Of a stretch of DNA of 44,494 nt, positions 36,055 through 44,494 are shown piece after piece. The notes beneath the pieces were generated by a model. That model saw only the letters and a program-made list of their open reading frames with translations, did no database searches and was not told the origin of the DNA. How positions within the stretch are numbered: position 1 is the stretch's first letter; every line of letters starts with the position of its first letter. Location of the stretch: the NCBI GenBank assembly GCA_963591565.1, contig CAVAUD010000002.1, forward strand, positions 1 through 44,494. Direction: 5' to 3'. This stretch comes from a bacterium. Lineage in GTDB: Bacteria > Actinomycetota > Coriobacteriia > Coriobacteriales > Atopobiaceae. Both the position numbers and the translations under genes were made by a program.

Positions 36055-36468
36055 TCAGTCGTTTCTGGCGTCGAGCCAGGATTGCAAAAACAGCGACGCG
36101 GCCACCATATCGACCTTGCCGCGCATGGACTTCTCAGAAAGGCCCTGCTCGCGAAGAATCCGCTTGGCCTCGGCAGACGAGAGACGCTCGTCAACGAACT
36201 CCAGGTCAAGGCCACAGGCAGCAGCGATCTTCTCGGCCTGGTCCATGATTCGCTGGGCCTGGGGGCCGTCCTCGCCGGCCATCGTCTTGGGACGACCGCA
36301 GACCAGGATCTCGGGCTCCCAGTCGTCCAGCACGCGGCGGAAGGTCGAGGCGTGGGCCAGGACCTCGGCCGCGGGCAGGACGCACACGGGCGAGGCCACG
36401 CGCCCGGCCGGGTCGCTCACCGCGATCCCGACGCGGACCTCGCCGATGTCTAAGGCAAGCGCGCGCAC
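36055..36468 (-). CDS. ruvX: YqgF/RuvX pre-16S rRNA nuclease
   Basis: ALDIGEVRVGIAVSD, VDERLSS, VDMVAA; alaS-ruvX-mltG synteny. Confidence 0.95.
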   Translation of the reverse strand: MRALALDIGEVRVGIAVSDPAGRVASPVCVLPAAEVLAHASTFRRVLDDWEPEILVCGRPKTMAGEDGPQAQRIMDQAEKIAAACGLDLEFVDERLSSAEAKRILREQGLSEKSMRGKVDMVAASLFLQSWLDARND

Positions 36469-39132
<2,664 letters not shown>

Positions 39133-39329
39133 GTTTCATACCTGCATTCACGTGAAAGTTACGCATACAGTTCGAAAGTATACAGCCTGTTTAGCTGCTT
39201 TGCAGGTATTCGCAGGTATTAGGTTTCTCCCCCGCCTAAACCACATAAGGCGCAGGCGGCGAGAAGACCGCGCGAGGGCAACGGCGAGAAGGACGCAGCG
39301 GGCAACAATGAGACAACCGCAGCGGGCCG

Positions 39330-40646
39330 CTACCGGCCGCCCTTCTCCCCCACCGGGGTCGCTTCCTCCGAGCACGTGGTCACGATCTGCTCGGCCTCCT
39401 TCTCGGGCAGGGCATAGGCGAGCCTGGAGCCCTTGAAGAAGTCCTCGTCGTCCAAAGCGTCGAGCTCGGGCAAGGGGTTGCCGGCGGCGTCGCGCCAGGC
39501 GCGGCCGCGGAAGAGCGCGCCCTTCTCAGACACGATCTGGCGGCCGGTACGGGTCTCGAAGAAGTAGACGAAGAAGCCGCGAAGCGCCGCCGTCAAAGGA
39601 ACGGCGATGACCATGCCGAGGGGACCGCCCAGGCAGCCGCCCACGATGATGCCCACCAGCGACAGCGCCGGGTGGATCTGCACGGCGCGCTGCATCACGA
39701 AGGGAGACAAGACGTTGTCGGCCACGTTTTGCGCGACCATCATGATGACCAGGGTCACCAGGGCCAGCGCAGGGCCCGAGAAAAGGCCGAGCGCGACAGC
39801 GAGGATCGCCGAGAGCGCGGGCCCGATCACCGGGACGAAGTGCATGATGAAGGTCAGCGCGCCGAGAAGCCCCGCGTAAGAGTGGCCCGCCAGCGCAAGA
39901 CCGCCCGCCACCATGAGGCCATTGGCGATCGATGTAATGAGGGTTCCGTACATATAGCCGCCGGTCGAGCGCGACAGGACCGCGAGCATAAGCGTGACGT
40001 CGCGGCTGTGCGCGGGCCCCACGATGGCCGCCAGCTCGCGCGCCATCAGGGGATAGTCCTTGGCGACCCAGTAGGCCAAGACGAGGCCCAAGAAGAGGGT
40101 CGTCAGGTCCTCGGCCATGCCGGCGATGTTGTCAAAAATGCCGCTCGAGATCTGCTTGCCCAGGTCAGAGGCCATGCTAGTGCCCATGGAAGACAGGGTC
40201 GAGACAACCGTGGTGACGGTCGCCTGAAAACGCGGGTCGGCCTTGGTGCCCCAGGTGTCCCAGAACTCCGAGAGCGCCGACTGCAGCTGCTCGACGTAGG
40301 AAGGGACCTCGCGCAGGAAGATCATGAGCTCCTGCATGAGCGGCCCGCCCACGATTGAGATGAGCCCCACGAGCAGCACCAAAAAGAGGACCAGCGAGAG
40401 CAGGGCCGCAAGGCCGCGCCCCACGCCGTGGTCCTCGAGCCGGTTGGTCACCGGACTGCAGATGAAGCCCACGACCCCGCCCACGAGGAGCAGCGAGAGG
40501 GCCTGTCGAACAAAGCTCAGCGCGCCGATGGTCAGCCACGCGACGGCGAAGAGGCCGACGACGGTCCAGACGGCCAAGGCGCGCGGGCGCCAACGGCTCA
40601 CGCTGGCCCGCGAGGCCTCCTCATCATGTTGGGGGCGTAAGGTCAT
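39330..40646 (-). CDS. AI-2E (PerM/UPF0118) family membrane protein
   Basis: Multiple TMs, FVPVIGP, NVLSPFVM..AVQIHP, GGCLGGPLGMVIAVP. Confidence 0.9.
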   Translation of the reverse strand: MTLRPQHDEEASRASVSRWRPRALAVWTVVGLFAVAWLTIGALSFVRQALSLLLVGGVVGFICSPVTNRLEDHGVGRGLAALLSLVLFLVLLVGLISIVGGPLMQELMIFLREVPSYVEQLQSALSEFWDTWGTKADPRFQATVTTVVSTLSSMGTSMASDLGKQISSGIFDNIAGMAEDLTTLFLGLVLAYWVAKDYPLMARELAAIVGPAHSRDVTLMLAVLSRSTGGYMYGTLITSIANGLMVAGGLALAGHSYAGLLGALTFIMHFVPVIGPALSAILAVALGLFSGPALALVTLVIMMVAQNVADNVLSPFVMQRAVQIHPALSLVGIIVGGCLGGPLGMVIAVPLTAALRGFFVYFFETRTGRQIVSEKGALFRGRAWRDAAGNPLPELDALDDEDFFKGSRLAYALPEKEAEQIVTTCSEEATPVGEKGGR

Positions 40647-41479
40647 CGCATGAGCCCCTCGGGATCGATCTTGTCCTGGATGCGGCGAAGCGTCCTGCGC
40701 AGAAGGCGCGAGACCTGCACCTGCGAGACCTCGAGCTTCTCGGCGATCTCCACCTGCGTCATGCCCTCCATGAAGCGCATGCGGATAACCTCCTGCTCAC
40801 GCGGGGAGAAGTCCGAGATGGCGTCCTCCAAGACCATGCGGTCGTCGGAGGCAACGAGGTCCTGGTCAAGGTCGGCGTAGCGGTCGAGAATCGAGGGGGC
40901 CTCGTCATCGTCGCTGTTGCCGCCGGCCTCCAGGGGAACCGACGTATAGGCGCTAGAGGACTCGATGGCCTCCAGCACCTCCTCGACCGTGGCGTCCACG
41001 CGCTGGGCGATCTCCTCGATCGAGGGGCTTCTCTGCAGCTCGTTGGTGAGCTGCTCCTGGGCCTGGTTGACCTTGGCCGAGAGCTCCTGCAGGCGCCTGG
41101 GCACGCGCACGCTCCAGCCCTTGTCCCTAAAGTGGCGCTTGATCTCGCCCATGATGGTGGGCGTCGCGTAGGTCGTGAACTCGAGGCCGCGGTCGGGCTC
41201 AAAGCGGTCGATCGCCTTGATCAGGCCGATGGTGCCGACCTGGATAAGGTCGTCAAGCGGCTCGCCGCGGTTCTTGAATTTGGAGGCGAGAAAGCGCACG
41301 AGGTTGAGGTGGTTCACGATCAGCTGGTCGCGCGCGTCCTCGTCGCCCTTCTCCTTGTAACGGCGAAAGAGCTCGCGGGTAAGCTCCTTGTCCCAGGCCT
41401 GCTTGCCCTTAGGCGCACGGCGAGACAAGCGCGTCTCGGCCCTCTTCTCGCTTCTCTCGCTTTTATCGCTACTCTGCAT
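40643..41479 (-). CDS. SigB/SigF/SigG-family (group 3) RNA polymerase sigma factor
   Basis: Region 2 DDLIQVGTIGLIKAIDRF, YATPTIMGEIKRHFRDKGWSVRVPRRLQE; region 4 TQVEIAEKLEVSQVQVSRL. Confidence 0.95.
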   Translation of the reverse strand: MQSSDKSERSEKRAETRLSRRAPKGKQAWDKELTRELFRRYKEKGDEDARDQLIVNHLNLVRFLASKFKNRGEPLDDLIQVGTIGLIKAIDRFEPDRGLEFTTYATPTIMGEIKRHFRDKGWSVRVPRRLQELSAKVNQAQEQLTNELQRSPSIEEIAQRVDATVEEVLEAIESSSAYTSVPLEAGGNSDDDEAPSILDRYADLDQDLVASDDRMVLEDAISDFSPREQEVIRMRFMEGMTQVEIAEKLEVSQVQVSRLLRRTLRRIQDKIDPEGLMR

Positions 41480-41846
41480 ATAAACCGCCCGTGCGCTTTA
41501 TCAGCGTCAACTGGGTCTCGTCTTCTGACACAACGCTCTCGTCGCAAATAGCGCCGAGCAGCGCCTCGACGAGGTCGAGGGACGAATCCTCGTCCTCCTC
41601 CTTGAGCTCAAGCCCAAGCGAGAAGGTCATGCTCACCTGGCTCTCCTCGATGGTGAAGCTGACGTCGCAGGCGTCCTGGACCGTGGCGCAGGCGTAGACG
41701 AAGCCCTCCTCGGCGGCCATGCGGGCGTCCTCGACGTCATCGATGGGCATATCGCAGCAGACGGCCAGGTTGGCGGCCGTCATGCGGACGATACGAGCGA
41801 ACTCGGGCTCGGCGGGAACGGACAGGCGAACGGTCTTGCTCGGCAT
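41469..41846 (-). CDS. RsbW/SpoIIAB-like anti-sigma factor with degenerate ATP-binding motifs
   Basis: LSVPAEPEFARIVR...DDVEDARMAAEE N-terminal pattern of RsbW; overlaps the sigma gene start. Confidence 0.75.
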   Translation of the reverse strand: MPSKTVRLSVPAEPEFARIVRMTAANLAVCCDMPIDDVEDARMAAEEGFVYACATVQDACDVSFTIEESQVSMTFSLGLELKEEDEDSSLDLVEALLGAICDESVVSEDETQLTLIKRTGGLYAE

Positions 41847-41855
41847 GCCGACCCC

Positions 41856-42449
41856 CTACTCTGCGTCGTCGGAGGCGGGCTCGCCGGCCTCGGCCTCGGC
41901 GGCGTCGCCCACGATGGGGCCCTGCTCGCCGTAGACGACGTAGGAGGTCTTCTTCTGCGCGGACTCGGCAACATGCTCGGCCTCGCGAGCGATCTCCTGG
42001 GCAGCAGCGGTGCCCTCCTCGAGCTTAGCGGGCTCGGCCGCGCTCTTGCCAGAGATCTTGTTGGCGACGGCGGTGACGCCCTTGGCGACCCCGTTGACGG
42101 CCCCGCTGACCGCGCTGTTCACGGTCTCGGTCACGGCGGAAGCCGCGCCAGAGACGGTGGACACGTCGCCGAGAATGGCGTTCACGCTCTCAAGGGACTC
42201 GTTGGCGTTGTCGATGGCCACCGAGGTCTTCTCGACCAGGGCGGGAACCTCCTTCACCGCGGGCTGCAGCTCGTCGACCATGCCGTCGAGCTTAGAGACG
42301 ATGGGCTGGGTCTGCGCCAGGATCTCGTTGGCAGAAGAGACGACGTCGTCAATGGACTTGCGCCCGGCCCTCACCGTGAGCGCGAGCTCGACCACGGCCC
42401 AGATACCGGCGATGACAAGAACAACTAAAGCGATGGACAGGTAATCCAT
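41856..42449 (-). CDS. DUF948/YoxC-YtxG-like membrane-anchored coiled-coil protein
   Basis: N-terminal TM followed by heptad repeats; ATG 42449 after GAAGGGG. Confidence 0.7.
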   Translation of the reverse strand: MDYLSIALVVLVIAGIWAVVELALTVRAGRKSIDDVVSSANEILAQTQPIVSKLDGMVDELQPAVKEVPALVEKTSVAIDNANESLESVNAILGDVSTVSGAASAVTETVNSAVSGAVNGVAKGVTAVANKISGKSAAEPAKLEEGTAAAQEIAREAEHVAESAQKKTSYVVYGEQGPIVGDAAEAEAGEPASDDAE

Positions 42450-42488
42450 GACCGCCCCTTCCAAAAAGAGGGAACCCAACGATAAAAA

Positions 42489-42505
42489 GTTGACTCCAAG
42501 TCAAC
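42489..42505. promoter_or_regulatory. Palindromic operator candidate upstream of the DUF948-antisigma-sigma operon
   Basis: GTTGACT-CCA-AGTCAAC, 7 nt downstream of a minus-strand TAGAAT (42513-42518). Confidence 0.55.
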
Positions 42506-42534
42506 AAAGCACATTCTACCCGAGAAAAGCCCTG

Positions 42535-43863
42535 TCAGACCTCACCTTGTGCATCAACTTGGTCTTTGGCGGCGGCGTCTAGGCGCCACGACTCCCAGCC
42601 GCGCGGGCTCGGGTGATAGAAGCACCCCTTTTCCAGCCCTTCCGGCAAATAGCGCTGAGAAACCCAACCGGTCGGGTAATTGTGGGGGTAGAGGTAGGCG
42701 CCGTACTCGTCGGACCCCGGGCGATGACGATCGCGCAGGTAGCTGGGCACTTCTCGCCTAGGACCGTTTCTCACCTCCGCCAAAGCCTCGTCGATGCCCG
42801 CCTCGCAGGCGTTGGACTTAGGGGCAAGAGCGAGGTAGGTGGCCGCCTGCGCCAGGTTGATCCGGCACTCGGGAAGGCCGATGACCTCGACGGCCCTAAA
42901 AGCCGCCTCCGCGACGAGAAGCGCCTGAGGATCGGCGTTGCCCACGTCCTCGGAGGCGCAGATCATGATGCGGCGGGCGATGAACTTGGGGTCCTCGCCC
43001 GCGTCGAGCATGCGCGCTAACCAGTACAGGACGGCGTCCGGGTCGCTGCCGCGCATCGACTTGATGAAGGCCGAGATGATGTCGTAGTGCATGTCCCCGT
43101 CTTTGTCATAGCTCAGGCCATGACGGGGGTTTGCCTCCAGGACATTCTCGGCCGAGATCTCGGCCGGCTCATCAGAGGCCGGGTCGGCGTCGACCATCTG
43201 GCTCGCAAGCTCAAGCGAGGTGAGGGCCGCGCGCCCGTCTCCCCCGGCGAGCTTCACGATCTCGTCCTCGGCCTCCTGCGATAAGACGAAGGCCCCCTTG
43301 AGGCCGTCCTCGCTCGCACAGGCGCTAACGAGCATCGCGCGCAGCGACTCATCGTCCAAAGGCTCGAGCTCCACAACGCGCGAGCGGCTGATCAGGGCCG
43401 AGTTGACCTCGAAGAAGGGATTCTCGGTCGTGGCGCCGATCAGCACCACGACACGGTCCTCCACCGCGTGGAGCAGCGCGTCTTGCTGAGAACGGCTAAA
43501 ACGGTGAATCTCATCGACAAAAAGAATCGTGCGTCGGCCCTGCGTGAGCAGGCGGCTCTCTGCGGCATCGATCTCTCGTCGCAGGTCTTTGACGCTGCCC
43601 GTGACGGCAGAGACCTCGACGAACTCTGCGTGCGTGGTGTGCGCGATGATGCGCGCCAGCGTCGTCTTGCCCGTGCCGGCCGGGCCGTACAAAATCACGG
43701 ACGACAACGTGTCATGCTCAATGGCTCGGCGCAGCCATGACCCCTCGCCCACCGCCTTCTTCTGGCCAAAGTACCCGTCCAGGTTCTTGGGCCTCATCCT
43801 TACGGCGAGCGGAGCGTTGGCGTTCTTAGCCGAGTTCTCTATGCGCGAAAATAACGTATCCAT
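42535..43863 (-). CDS. rarA: Replication-associated recombination protein A (RarA/MgsA)
   Basis: PLAVRMRP, GPAGTGKT, VDEIHRF, GATTENP, YDIISAFIKSMRGSDPDA, ASEDVGNADP, YLYPH; ATG 43863. Confidence 0.96.
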   Translation of the reverse strand: MDTLFSRIENSAKNANAPLAVRMRPKNLDGYFGQKKAVGEGSWLRRAIEHDTLSSVILYGPAGTGKTTLARIIAHTTHAEFVEVSAVTGSVKDLRREIDAAESRLLTQGRRTILFVDEIHRFSRSQQDALLHAVEDRVVVLIGATTENPFFEVNSALISRSRVVELEPLDDESLRAMLVSACASEDGLKGAFVLSQEAEDEIVKLAGGDGRAALTSLELASQMVDADPASDEPAEISAENVLEANPRHGLSYDKDGDMHYDIISAFIKSMRGSDPDAVLYWLARMLDAGEDPKFIARRIMICASEDVGNADPQALLVAEAAFRAVEVIGLPECRINLAQAATYLALAPKSNACEAGIDEALAEVRNGPRREVPSYLRDRHRPGSDEYGAYLYPHNYPTGWVSQRYLPEGLEKGCFYHPSPRGWESWRLDAAAKDQVDAQGEV

Positions 43864-43864
43864 A

Positions 43865-43878
43865 AGAACTATTGTACG
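43865..43878. promoter_or_regulatory. LexA/SOS box-like operator overlapping the rarA -10
   Basis: AGAAC-TATT-GTACG contains the minus-strand TACAAT (43871-43876), which is 7 nt from the ATG. Confidence 0.65.
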
Positions 43879-43902
43879 ATAAATTCCTATGCCGAGAAAC
43901 AC

Positions 43903-43940
43903 GAAAAGGTCCTTCCCCTCGAAAGAGGAAGGACCTTTTC
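43903..43940 (-). terminator. rrn operon terminator
   Basis: GAAAAGGTCCTTCC / GGAAGGACCTTTTC perfect 14-bp arms just past the 5S gene. Confidence 0.88.
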
Positions 43941-43960
43941 TACGAGAAACGCCCCCAGGT

Positions 43961-44077
43961 GGTCAGCGGCGTCCTGCTCTCCCACGGACTGACTCCGCAG
44001 TACCATCGGCGCTCGGGGGCTTAACTTCCGGGTTCGGGATGGGGCCGGGTGTGCCTCCCCTGCCATGGCCGCTGACC
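43961..44077 (-). rRNA. rrf: 5S ribosomal RNA
   Basis: Reverse complement has ACACCCGGCCCCATCCCGAACCCGGAAGTTAAGC and GCCGATGGTACTG; helix I GGTCAGCGGC/GCCGCTGACC; flanking processing stem ACGCCCCCAG/CTGGGGGCGT. Confidence 0.97.
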
Positions 44078-44179
44078 ATCTGGGGGCGTTCGCTCGAAGG
44101 GCGTGCCCTCAGGGCCGCACAGCGTGATCTCGTTCCTGCCGAAAGACCGTTACTGACCGATCTGAAAAGAGCCAAATGA

Positions 44180-44494
<315 letters not shown>

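Noticed and set aside
39133..39329. T-box riboswitch before alaS
   Set aside because: No recognisable T-box sequence or terminator, and a -10 lies only about 45 nt from the start codon

Overview
High-GC (about two-thirds) chromosomal core region. Gene content and order point to Actinomycetota class Coriobacteriia, probably Atopobiaceae/Olsenella-like (inference). Every credible gene is on the minus strand. In transcription order: 3' end of 23S rRNA, 5S rRNA, rarA, DUF948 protein, RsbW-like anti-sigma, SigB/F-type sigma, AI-2E membrane protein, alaS, ruvX, mltG, yqeG, aroK, aroB-like, Xaa-Pro peptidase, efp, asp23-like, nusB, xseB, tlyA, nadK, recN, amidohydrolase, pyrG, xerD. A ~1 kb non-coding gap follows, then the dcw cluster (mraZ, rsmH, ftsL, ftsI, murF, mraY, murD, ftsW, murG, murC, murB, ftsQ, ftsZ, pgeF, yggS, sepF, proC, yggT, divIVA). 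I saw no CRISPR array, transposase, prophage or tRNA. The proteins are mostly housekeeping, so the interesting signal is in the DNA. (1) The 9-mer GGCGAGAAG (12-mer GGCGAGAAGACC) occurs about 38 times by hand count, dictates Leu-Leu-Ala codon choice and forms inverted pairs after genes, like an uptake or chromosome-architecture signal. (2) A ~700 bp array of long hairpins lies between xerD and mraZ, with G.U bias on the antisense strand. (3) The pyrG leader looks like a pyrC-type CTP-sensing start-site switch. (4) AroB and the anti-sigma factor both look catalytically dead. (5) There are SOS-like, MraZ, DnaA-like and MerR/FtsR-like operator sites. All counts and alignments were done by eye; no database searches were run.
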